Shown here: piece after piece, positions 1 to 11,364 of the stretch
Position numbering within the stretch: the first letter of the stretch is position 1
Layout of the letters: every line of letters begins with the position of its first letter
Source of the DNA: Octopus sinensis
Taxonomy: Eukaryota
Direction: 5' to 3'
DNA length: 64,000 bases
Assembly: GCF_006345805.1 (NCBI RefSeq)
Contig: NC_042998.1
Location: 180,978,001 to 181,042,000 of the forward strand
Position numbers and translations under genes: made by a program
The notes under the pieces: model-generated
Told to the model about the DNA's origin: nothing
What the model saw: the letters and a program-made list of their open reading frames with translations, nothing else
The model's database searches: none

Positions 1-394
1 TATGAAGTGAAAAGAACACGTACATATGTACGACATTAATATGCCTTAAAATTTTATATCTTTCATTTTCATGTATAGATACACAAAAATACAAACAAAA
101 AGAAAAGATGGAAGCGCAGCCGTTCCCACACAAATCTACAACGCCGTCACACACATGTATGCTTATATCTCAATAGCAGCTCTATTTCACTTCGTTATAC
201 AATATATACAATGTACAATATATACAATGAAAATGCTATATACATATATGCATGTGTGTGTGCGCGCGCAGGTCTGTGCGGGTCTGCCTGTGTCTGTCCG
301 TGTGTGTGTGTATGTGTGTGTATGTACGTTTGTATGTATGTATACATGCAGATACCTATGTATCTATGTATGTATGTATGTATGTATGTAGCAG

Positions 395-822
395 GCGCAG
401 GCGTGGATGTGCGGTAAGAAGTTTTCTTCCGAACCACATGATTCTGGGTTCAGTCCCACTCCATGGCACCTTGGGTACGTGTCTTCTACTATTGCGTCGG
501 GCCGACCAAAACCATGTTAGAGGATTTATTAGACAGAACCTGAAAGAAGCCAGTTGCATATATATATATATATATATGTATGTATGCGTGTGCGAGTGTG
601 TGTATATGTGTGTATGTGTTTGTATCTGTGTTTGTCCCCAACTACCGCTTAGCAACAGATATGTTTTGATTTGTTTACGTAACTAAGGGGTTTAGAAATA
701 AGTTACTAAACTTTGAGATAAAAAGTAAGTACTAGGGTAATTCGCTCGACTAAAATTTCTTGAAGATGGTAACCCACCATGGTCGCAGTCCAATGATTAT
801 AACAAGTAAACGATTAACGATA
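395..822 (+). mobile_element. tRNA-derived SINE, family S1 (diverged copy)
   Basis: Head GCAGGCGTGG..GGTAAGAAG..GGTTCAGTCCCAC, CCTTGGG..GTGTCTTCTACTAT domain, internal (TA/TG)n and 3' GGTCGCAGTCCAATGA..AACAAGTAAA; same layout as copies at 1593 and 58845. Confidence 0.85.
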
Positions 823-825
823 TAA

Positions 826-945
826 AGTAATGCCTCTATATACGAATTAATTCGTTCCCGGAGAAGGCTCGTAAAGCGAAAACTCGTAAAAACTCATAAA
901 CCCGGAGTGTCGTAAAGCGGGTCCTCGTAAAGTGAGGTATTACTA
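826..945. mobile_element. Short Tigger/pogo-like MITE remnant
   Basis: Imperfect terminal inverted repeats AGTAATGCCTCTATATACGA / TCGTAAAGTGAGGTATTACT; internal CTCGTAAA reiterations. Confidence 0.45.
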
Positions 946-1345
946 TATATACATATGTAGCTGTGATTAATAGATCAGTTCCAGGTAAAATGCGTAGACT
1001 ATCAACTTTTGGTATAATGAACATATTGTCCATTCTACCTTCTGTACTGAGTTCAATATAACATGTTGCCTGCACTATAAAAAACATATTTTTTAAATAG
1101 CTTAATGCTCTTACATTATGATACAGGATGCAGCAGAAATACCTCCGACATTTGAAAGGTTGACAAAAGGAAAAAGAAGCAATATTTATGAAAAATTAAT
1201 TTTACTGTTGTTTAAACAAAGGGTTACAGTTTTTGTACGTTGGCTACGTGAAAACATCATTAGCACTTGCATAAGTTCATTATCAACACATAGGTGAAAG
1301 CTTAAAATGTGAGAGGTATTTCTGCCGCACCCTATATATGCATAG

Positions 1346-1562
1346 ACGTGGCGAGCTGGAAGAATCGTTGGTACGCCGGGCGAAGTATTTAGCAGTATTT
1401 CGTCCGCCGTTACGTTTTGAGTTCAAATTCCACCGAGGTCGACTTTGCCTTTCATGATTTCGGGTTCGATGAAATAAGTACCAGTTACGCACTGGAGTCG
1501 ATGTAATCGACCAGCCCCCTTCCCCCAAAATTTTCAAGGCCTCGTGCCTAGAGTAGAAATAA
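1346..1562 (+). mobile_element. tRNA-derived SINE, family S2 (Meta/Sauria-like central domain)
   Basis: GGCGAGCTGG..GAATCGTT head, GAGTTCAAATTCC B-box, GGTCGACTTTGCCTTTCAT..TCGATGAAATAAGTACCAG domain. Confidence 0.85.
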
Positions 1563-1592
1563 TTATATACATATGAATGAATGATTATGTAT

Positions 1593-2010
1593 ACTCTTTT
1601 ATTCTTTTACTTGTTTCAGTCATTTGACTGCGGCCATGCTGGAGCACCGCCTTTTAGTCGAGCAAATTGACCCCGGGACTTATTCTTTGTAAGCCCAGTA
1701 CTTATTCTATCGGTCTCTTTTGCCGAACCGCTAAGTGACGGGGACGTAAACACACCAGCATCGGTTGTCAAGCAATGCTAGGGGGACAAACACAGACACA
1801 CAAACACACACACACATACATATATATGTATATATATACATGTATACGACAGGCTTCTTTCAGTTTCCGTCTACCAAATCCACTCAAAAGGCATAGGTCG
1901 GCCCGGGGTTATAGCAGAAGACACTTGCCCAAGATGTCACGCAGTGGGACTGAACCCGGAATCATGTGGTTGGTTAGCAAGCTACTTACCACACAGCCAC
2001 TCCTGCGCCT
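1593..2010 (-). mobile_element. tRNA-derived SINE, family S1, full length
   Basis: Reverse complement matches the 58845-59258 copy from the GCAGGAGTGGCTGTGTGG head to the (AAAAGAGT) tail. Confidence 0.92.
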
Positions 2011-2654
2011 ATATGTATATATGTATTGAAAATGTTACATGTGTGCGAGTGCGTGTACGTTCTTGTGTATGTAGTGTTTGAATCCCTGTATTTACGTTTC
2101 AATATTTAGTGCACAATAGAAAAAACAATAATAAATATGCTTAACAGACTATTTATTGATTTCTTCGACGCAACAGATTCACTCCCATACTGTTTCGAAT
2201 TCCCTATTATGTAGTAGATATCATTGTATTTGTATTCTATCTACTATAGTATCTCAACATTGAACTGATTAGTGGCTAAAAAGTAGGCAAATACTTGATG
2301 TGTATGACTCTTGAGAATTAATATTCCTTAATATTGACCTCCAGAAGAATTCTACAAGACGAGGAATTGTGTGTAGCAACGGATGGACGCTTCAGCTCTG
2401 GACAAAGGATATTGTGTGCATGTGTGTATGGCTTTTCTTTTGTACATGTGTGTGTGTAGTGTGTGTGTGTCTGTGTGTGTGTGTGTGTGTGTGTGCGCGT
2501 GTGTGTGTGTGTCTGTTACTATGTGTGTGAACACCTACGCAAGGATAATTGTGTTGTGTGTAATACGATGCTGTTTCAAAGTTTTGTTTATCTATTTATT
2601 GTTTCCCTTTCTCTGTATGTATACTCATATATTCATGTATTCATATGTATTTAC

Positions 2655-2715
2655 GAATGTGTGTATATATATATATATATATACAGTATACATATAATCT
2701 CTGTATATCTATTTA

Positions 2716-2754
<39 letters not shown>

Positions 2755-2924
2755 TATATATAAAATGAATATATAATATATATAGATGTATATGTATACT
2801 GTATATATGTATATATATAATAGATGTATATGTATACTGTATATATGTATATATATATAATATATATATATAATACATATATAAATGAATATATATAGAT
2901 GTATATGTATACTGTATATAGGTA

Positions 2925-2964
<40 letters not shown>

Positions 2965-3077
2965 ATATATATATTTATATATCATATAATATATATATCA
3001 GTTTGCATATACATCTATATTATTAAATATATATGCATACATATAATATAAACGATATATATGAATATCGTATATAC

Positions 3078-3109
<32 letters not shown>

Positions 3110-3222
3110 CACAGTATACCTATACATCTCTATATATTTATTTATATATGTGTGTATATATATACATAATAAATGAATATTATATATATATATATAGATG
3201 TATATGTTATCTGTGTATATGT

Positions 3223-3276
<54 letters not shown>

Positions 3277-3345
3277 GTTGCATACACATCTATATTTATA
3301 TATATATGCATACATATATATATAACCGATATATATATGAATATC

Positions 3346-3386
<41 letters not shown>

Positions 3387-3520
3387 CACATATCTATATA
3401 TATATATATACTATACTCACACACACACATATATATATATATATTATATATATATATATATATATACATAATATATATATGCATATATATGTATGTATGT
3501 ATGTATATGTATATGTGAAT
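2655..3520. repeat. Complex (TA)n-rich microsatellite mosaic
   Basis: Near-continuous TA dinucleotides interrupted by recurring short motifs; ORFs here are Y/I repeats. Confidence 0.95.
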
Positions 3521-3825
3521 GGAGGAGGGAAGCATGCATCCATGTGAATATATACACTCCCTTAATTCAATACGTTTGTATGCATTCATGTTTGTCTTTG
3601 TGCGGAACCAAGTGATGGAATAGGAAGGTAATTATATAATTTCTTGCATGCTACTGCTACAGAATCTGTTCTCAGTATTCTCTAGTGTCCTGCCTTCCAC
3701 CCAAACCTCCGCGCCATCCCCCCCACCCGACTCGTATGCCATCTGGTGCAACTCGTCATGCTGCACCTGACAATTCCCATTCCATCATCATATATCATTT
3801 CATTTTCAATATAGATGCGCCTCAA

Positions 3826-3950
3826 CATCATCATCGTCATCATCATCATCACCATCATCATCATCATCGTCGTCGTCGTCGTCATCATCATCATTATCAT
3901 CATCATCATCATCATCATCATCACCACCACCATCATCATCATCATCATCA

Positions 3951-3984
<34 letters not shown>

Positions 3985-3988
3985 TCAT

Positions 3989-4023
<35 letters not shown>

Positions 4024-4039
4024 GCATCATCATTATCAC

Positions 4040-4073
<34 letters not shown>

Positions 4074-4100
4074 GTCGTCGTCGTCGTCGTCATCATCATT

Positions 4101-4132
<32 letters not shown>

Positions 4133-4153
4133 TATCACCATCATCATTATCAC

Positions 4154-4203
<50 letters not shown>

Positions 4204-4238
4204 CCATCATCATTATCACCATCATCATCATCATCATT

Positions 4239-4269
<31 letters not shown>

Positions 4270-4470
4270 GCATCATCATCATCATCATTATTATCATCAT
4301 CATCATCATCATCATCACCATCATCATCATCATTATCATCATCAGCATCATCATTATCACCATCATGATCATCATCATCATCATCATCACCACCTACATC
4401 ATCCTCATCATCTCCGTCATTTATCGTCGTCGCCATCGTCATCTTTATCATCATTATCGTCAACGTCGTA
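3826..4470. repeat. ~640-bp (CAT)n/(CGT)n trinucleotide microsatellite
   Basis: Continuous CAT/CAC/TAT/CGT triplets; gives poly-H/I/D/M pseudo-ORFs in several frames. Confidence 0.95.
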
Positions 4471-4910
4471 GCTACCGTCATCGTTTTCGTTCGTTGTCTT
4501 CTCGTCGACGCAGTTTTTACTGAAACTTATATTTTTTTTCAATCGGGCCCCATGTACAAAATCAACATCACATAAACACTATATATATAAAAGCAATGCG
4601 CATCTATACACTCGAACAGCTGACGACCGATTTCTGAAACATATACCATCATGTGAAATATATCCTACCATCAGACAACAAAGAAAAACTATGCTAAAAT
4701 CTGCCGGCTTCACTCCAGTCAAACGCTTATATTTATTTGTTTCTGCTCCCCACTGGGCGAGTTGCAGTCAATATTCTTATCGCTTCTTTTACGAGAGAAA
4801 TGCATGGACATATAATTATACTTAGGATATATATCTATTGTGTTTTGTATATATACTAGCTCTCCACGTGCCGTCAATAATGACGGCTAATTATAATATT
4901 TTATATATAA

Positions 4911-5295
4911 ACTAGCAGTATCGCCGGCGTTGCTCGGGTTTGTAAGGGAAATAACTATATAAGCATTTTTAGAGATGTAAAGTATAATAGCCATCTCAAT
5001 ATGGCTAACCACAAACGGGGGGGGGGTTACTGTAGCTTTTTACGTTCTGAGATTTAATAATACATTTTTAGAGAGTTACTTCCCTTATATAATAGCAAAA
5101 AATGCATTAAAAATGGGGAAAAATGATGGTAATTTTTTTTTAATCGTAGACTCATGCTAATACCCAGAAGGGCTCGATATGAATCACGATTATAAGATAC
5201 CCGCTTTTGGTTACACTGCACCGCAAAATGTGGGAGTAGTTAGGAATCTAAATCGTAGGAGACAGACTCACAACTTCACTTTTATATATAAAGAT
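4911..5295 (+). mobile_element. Non-autonomous Helitron-like (Lep1/HINE-type) element
   Basis: Starts ACTAGCAGTATCGCCGGCGTTGCTCGGG, ends GACAGACTCACAACTTCACTTTTATATATAAAGAT; same terminal style as 15144-15623. Confidence 0.65.
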
Positions 5296-5592
5296 ATGGT
5301 ACAAAATAAGGTACATAGTAATCACACAAACATTCACATATTTCCCTTGTACATGCACACACATACACACATATACTCACATAGATTTGAAACGCTGATT
5401 TGTTTTCACCTCTTCCTTCCTTATTCATCCATCATCCCTTCTATTCTTTCATTGCTATTACTTTCTCTCACTCCCTCTCAGTCACGGCTATTATTCTCGC
5501 TACTTCTCATTCACTGAATTACTATTTTCTCTCTTCTCCCGCGTCCGGCGTGATTCTGGACAAAAATATATATATTATATATATATATATGT

Positions 5593-5764
5593 AGGTCCCG
5601 GGTGATTCGGGGTTAACCACAGTAAATAAGGGGACTCAATACATAGCAGAGTAAAATTAATTTATTATATAGAAGGAGTTCTACAGGACTAGAACTGTTC
5701 ATTCAAGAGAAATCTTCCTGAAGATTTCTCTTGAATGAAACAGTTCTAGTCCTGTAGAAGCTCC

Positions 5765-5770
<6 letters not shown>
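5593..5770. mobile_element. Penelope-like/retrozyme fragment with fold-back, inserted in (TA)n
   Basis: ~50-bp arms at about 5668-5717 and 5720-5770 are near-perfect reverse complements; flanked by (TA)n on both sides. Confidence 0.75.
5714..5760 (+). ncRNA. Type I hammerhead ribozyme motif (family C)
   Basis: Stem I CUUC/GAAG, core CUGAAGA, short stem II UUC-UCUU-GAA (U.U closing), GAAA, stem III ACAG/CUGU, cleavage triplet GUA at 5754-5756. Confidence 0.7.
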
Positions 5771-5804
<34 letters not shown>

Positions 5805-5841
5805 CATACACACACATATATATATATACACATATACATAT

Positions 5842-5876
<35 letters not shown>

Positions 5877-5879
5877 ATG

Positions 5880-6240
5880 AAGGATAAAATTTTTTTCGAA
5901 AAAAATTTTCTTTTCCCAAAAAAATTTTATCAATGGCCAGCATATCAAAAAATACCTTTAAAGGTTAAATCTATAAACAATTCATAATTAAGGGCAAACG
6001 AAAATAATTCTAATGCCAGATATGCCGAAAAATTGGACATATTGTCCATTAACCATATAATTTTTTCACAATATGCACGCTACTCAAAAAAAGGTCGACA
6101 GAAATTTCTAAAACATTCCATTATTACCATATCGGACCGATTTCAGGATTAGCTTATAACAGCCCTCCCTTCGTCAGTGATACATGTGGCAAAAAGAAAT
6201 AAATGAGATACTTACTCATACCCATGGAAGAAATATATGA
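5880..6240 (-). mobile_element. HHR-containing dispersed repeat, family B (partial copy)
   Basis: Colinear homology with 28900-29230 (shared GGATAAAATTTT, TATCAATGGCCAGCATAT, ACCTTTAAAGGTTAAAT, GACAGAAATTTCTAAAA, TACCCATGGAAGAA blocks). Confidence 0.85.
6125..6182 (-). ncRNA. Type I hammerhead ribozyme (family B, core intact)
   Basis: Minus strand: stem I UAUCA/UGGUA, CUGACGA, stem II AGG..CCU, GAAA, palindromic stem III AUCGG-U-CCGAU, triplet AUA. Confidence 0.8.
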
Positions 6241-7666
6241 ACAAATATATAAAAACACTACGCTCATTATTATATCGGAGATATATAATGTTGCGAATTT
6301 AGTGACTATTCAATGTGCTCATTGGAGACTAATAGCTAACGATGTTATTGTTTAGAAATTAGGATATAAAATTTTCTTTGGCCTACTCCATGACCAAAGC
6401 ACATATTGTATGCTGTTCAGGCACACACCTGACCTTCACAGGCATCAGGATCTTGGAGAAACGTTTGAACTCATTTTTAAGAATGAACATGTTAATATAC
6501 TTGCATTAGCCATTACTTACAGAAAATATAATATTTCTGTGAAATATCTCTGCAATACTGAACAGTTACACTTCCATTACGGAGGACGATTATTTCGATA
6601 TCTTTAATATTTAAATCGTCCTATATTGTTATTCGCAACGATTTCCAAAATTTTTCGTCCTTTAGACGCAGGTTTCCTTAAATGTTCTAATGTAAATTTC
6701 CGACATTTGTATAAGATAGCCATCTGTTTTAGGCATTTTAATTCAATTAGGAAACTATTTTAGTCATGAAATGGTAACCCTTCTATGATTCTCAGCAGGA
6801 ATGTTTTAATTTCTAAATAAATGGGACTTTAAGGCTTCAGAAATTGAAGATGCTAGATCGCTTGGTATAACATTTTCCTACGAGAGTGATGGTATGCTTC
6901 AAACCTGTACTGATTAATTTAGAGAGCTTTAGTAATCCCTTGAACGCATAGCAATATTTATTTTTCTGGTTGATGATATTTCTCTGGATGATCATATGGA
7001 ATTTGATAGTCTGTTGTATGTATAATAGCTAATTGCATTATATGTATGCTTCTTTCTCAAATTCTAATATTCTTACAGCTGACAAACATCTCCTGGTACT
7101 CCTGAAGTTATTACAATAATCAAAAACTGAAAAGATCCTGTCCACCGTGGAGAAAGACTTTTGTTTACTTTCTTTCGTGAAGGCTGTCAAATAAAATGAA
7201 ATAAAATAAAATAAAATCCGTTTAAACGAAGAAACTAATGTCGTAAAAATATTAGCAAAATTAATTTCCCAGAAATTTTCATACTATTTGAAGTTGAGAA
7301 ATAAAAATAGAGATAAGTGAACAAAAACAGAAATAAGGTAATGAAAGTAAAGGAAAACGCTTCATAAACGTAGCAAAAAAAATAGTTTTCTTGTTAAATG
7401 ATAATAAGAAACGCTGATCTGTATGGCAAATTCTTTTGTATTTCTAGTGGCGTGAGTGAAGTTTGGAAACGTTCCATTCTTAAAAAATTTTATCTTATAT
7501 ACCCATATTTAATGTCTCTAACAGATATGCCTGTTTTTAAGCATAAGGCACACACACAAAAACACATACACACACATGCATATTCACACATAAAAACACA
7601 CCCACATGTGGGTTATTGTATGTGTGTGTGAGCGTGTGCGCATATAATATACATACATACCTGCAG

Positions 7667-7705
<39 letters not shown>

Positions 7706-7720
7706 TTATATATATATATA

Positions 7721-7770
<50 letters not shown>

Positions 7771-7855
7771 TATACACACACATATATATGTATAATATAC
7801 CTTGTATATTTACATATATACACATACAATATAGTCACATAAAACATAATCTACG

Positions 7856-7893
<38 letters not shown>

Positions 7894-8300
7894 ATATGTG
7901 TGTGTGTGTGGTGTGTATTATATATATATATATAAGTGTGTGCATCTGAATGTGTGTATATTGTATGTAAGTATGTATGTATGTATTTTGCACACAATAT
8001 TATTTTTTCAAATTTTAACATGAACAAAGAAAAGAGGACCCAATATCTGTGTTAGAGTCAGTAGAGTAGTGTTTAAGTTAACTACTTTTACATTATTTCG
8101 ATTTACCCGCTGATATCTCCTTAGAAAACATGAAGAGAAAAGTATTTAATTTTAGCAATAGTACACACAGACACGTACACACATACGAAGGTGCATCCAC
8201 ACATACATATATTGATAAAAGTGCTGTCAGCGAACTTATTCAAAATGGTCGAATGGCATAAATATAGATAATATAGTTAGTACGTTATGTACTAACGTAA

Positions 8301-8545
8301 ACTCTTTTACTTTTTTTATTTGTTTCATTCGTTTGACTTCAGCCATGCTGGAGCACTGCCTTTAGTCGAACGAATCGATCCCAGACTTATTCTTTGTAAG
8401 CCTAGTACTTATTCTATCGGTCTCTTTGGCCGAACCTCTAAGTTACGGGGACGTAGACACAGCAACATCGGTTGTGAAGTGATGGTGGTGGAGACAATTA
8501 CAAACATATACATATACATATGTGTGTGTGTTTGTGTGTGTGTGA
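8301..8545 (-). mobile_element. SINE family S1, 3' half
   Basis: Matches the S1 tail (GCCATGCTGGAGCAC, CTTATTCTTTGTAAGCC, CTAAGTTACGGGGACGT). Confidence 0.8.
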
Positions 8546-8911
8546 GAAAAAGAAGCAAGTATATATATATATATATATATATATATACGATGAAAGTAAA
8601 CAAACGGCGTTTGCTTTAGAAGCATAGAAAAAATCGTTACCAGCCAGCTATGAGACTCGAACTCATATCCCTGTCATTACGCGTTAAGTGTTTTTTTACC
8701 TTTAAGATAAACTGCCCACTAACGAATTGTTCCGCAATATTAAGATTTATAAATCTAGGTTTATAATACGGTAACGCTAAATTCAAATTACGATAAATGT
8801 AAACAAAGTTTGCTTTAGAAGCGTTGAGATGTATTGAAGATACATAAATAATTTATCCTGTTCATACTATTGTATTAGCATTATCATGCCTTTGAGAATA
8901 AGTTATTTCTG

Positions 8912-8971
<60 letters not shown>

Positions 8972-9252
8972 CTTCTACTTATATACGATGTGAAGACATC
9001 CCGGGCTTGATTACGAATGATGGACCACATATTGTAGAAGACACCTTTCTGCGTTGTACCCTTCGCCAGTTACTGATACCAGCTCGTCATTCATACACGC
9101 TCTATAGATCTCACCTCTCTCCCCACTCTCTCTCTATGTATGGATGTATATATATATATATATATATACGTACACACAGACACATATACATACACACACA
9201 TACATACATAAATACATACACACATACATACATATATATGTGTGAGAAACTT

Positions 9253-9670
9253 GGATCTTTTCGGTTTGAACGGCAGTTTTTAAAATAATTCCCACGTAAC
9301 TAAACACTTTTAAACTTCGTATACTGGTAGAATGTGTCTTTAAAACATCTTTTTCTCTTGGCTTTATTGAGAAAATCCTATAGTTTGTAAGATATTTGTT
9401 GTTTTTCTTTTCTTCAATTTCTGCAATTTCAACCAATCAATGGCATCTATTGAGGTGAAAACATTCTGTGCCGTATGAATATGTCCCTCGTTTAAGAAAC
9501 AGATTGGGTTTATTTACACTTCTGAAGAAAAAAAGATACCCTTCCCCACACCCCTAACCCTAACCGTAAAACAGATTGAAATGCAATAGATCGATACTAG
9601 GGTCATAATTATGGGTGACAATTTCATATGACACCGCTAGAAAAAAATGCCGTTCAAACGGAAAAGATCC
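9253..9670. mobile_element. MITE with ~30-bp TIRs and 8-bp target-site duplication
   Basis: TIRs GGATCTTTTCGGTTTGAACGGCA / TGCCGTTCAAACGGAAAAGATCC; flanks AGAAACTT (9245-9252) and AGAAACTC (9671-9678). Confidence 0.8.
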
Positions 9671-10094
9671 AGAAACTCCCTTCCATATATAGTTTATTAA
9701 CGTTAGATTATTATATACTTCTTTAAACATAGTTATTTTGATCAAATACTTGAAATATTTAAGTCATTAAAGTAAGTGACATTCCAATTTTGATTAAAAT
9801 TTACAAATATTATTTTTTAAGAAATATCTCCAGTAAATTTTATATATTTGCTTTCTCCACAAATTGATCTCTGCTGCTTTTTTTTTAATTACCCACCTAT
9901 TTTCTCCTTACCAACTTTTTCACCAAATATCTATATAATATTTAATATTATATCTATACAATATTTAATCTTATTTTGCTTTTCATTGCGCTAACGCTTC
10001 ATAAACTAACACAAAAATATTTTCTCCGGTAATCTAGCTATTTTCTAAATGTCATCACAATGACATTTGGAAACTAGCTAGATTACTGACTAAG

Positions 10095-10330
10095 AAGACT
10101 AGTTGCTTCTTGGTTTTCCATAAAGCTTTAGATCATCCCATAAATAGATTATTCACTTTTTCTCTTATCCTTTCTCAGTAAGTGTCTTTCTTCAACGCTG
10201 ATTAGTATGATCGACAACGTGATCAGTGCGACAGTAAAACAAGATGGAAGAGAGAGTGTCTTCTTGAAACATTCCTCTTATGGTCTCTATTTCAGCTAAT
10301 CTTTTCTTCTCCTGATGTCAACTCTATTCA
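10095..10330 (-). pseudogene. Degenerate RT fragment of an R4/Dong-like non-LTR element
   Basis: Frameshifted translation IRGMFQEDTLSSILF..ALITLSIIL..KVNNLFM/DDLKLYG resembles the RGIFQGDSLSPLLF..YMDDLKLY motifs. Confidence 0.65.
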
Positions 10331-10429
10331 CCAATGTCACATTCCATTTCTTCTCCCCTTCTTCCACTCCTCCTCCTTCTTGTTTATATTATTGTTATTA
10401 TTTTTATTATTATTTTTATTATTATTATT

Positions 10430-10660
10430 GAGTGAGAGAGCAGTGCATGCCATCAAAGTGACACTGGGGTAAAATATACGAAGCCCAGTATACCCATCAT
10501 GACTACCCGTCTGATAAGGGTACACTAGGCACATGCATCACAACCATATGTGCGCGCCATGGTGATCTCATATCAAGATAAACAGCACATGACCTTGCAG
10601 GTGGGGCCCAGTTAGAATTTTCTTCAGGTCGAGTAACCCATCCCACTGGAAAGGTCCCTG

Positions 10661-10711
<51 letters not shown>

Positions 10712-11276
10712 GAGTGAGAGAGCAGCGCATGCCCATCAATGTGACACTGGGATTTAAATTTACGAAACCCAATACACCCATCATGAATACCTGTCTAATA
10801 AGGGTACAGCAAGCGCATGCATCGCAATCATATGTGCGTGACACGGTGACCTCATAAAAAGATAAACAGCGCATGATCTTGCAGGTGGGGCCCAGTTATT
10901 ATTATTACTTTTTTTTCAGGTCGAATAGCCCATCGTGCTCAAAGTGTCCCTGGATAAGCTTTTGCTTAAATATGTTTCCAGAGGTGAATTATTCAAACCT
11001 TAAAGAATCGCTCTTAGCACATAGCTACGATGCTCCGCCACTACTATTGCCCGCGATCAGATATGCGCATATCGTCAGCTTCTAAGGGACATTCTCAGAT
11101 GGTTATGGTGGAGCAACTGACAAGCAAATCTGTAGTACGAAGTAGAATATTTGTTGTTGCATATCTATTGCATTAAGATAAAACATGCACATGTTAACAC
11201 TTGCAATCCGTTAAGATCAGAAGTCACGAGAGCCACAACCTGGGACTGCATCGGGGCATGAGTATTATTATTATTA

Positions 11277-11364
<88 letters not shown>

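Noticed and set aside
3815-4481. Poly-His / poly-Asp 'proteins' of 137-218 aa
   Set aside because: (CAT)n microsatellite open in several frames on both strands, with no flanking coding context
4622-4670. CTGACGA..GAAAC hammerhead-like core
   Set aside because: No stem I partner downstream and no valid NUH site
6400-7130. Possible exons or transposase pieces with GT-AG motifs
   Set aside because: No consistent open frame or recognisable motif
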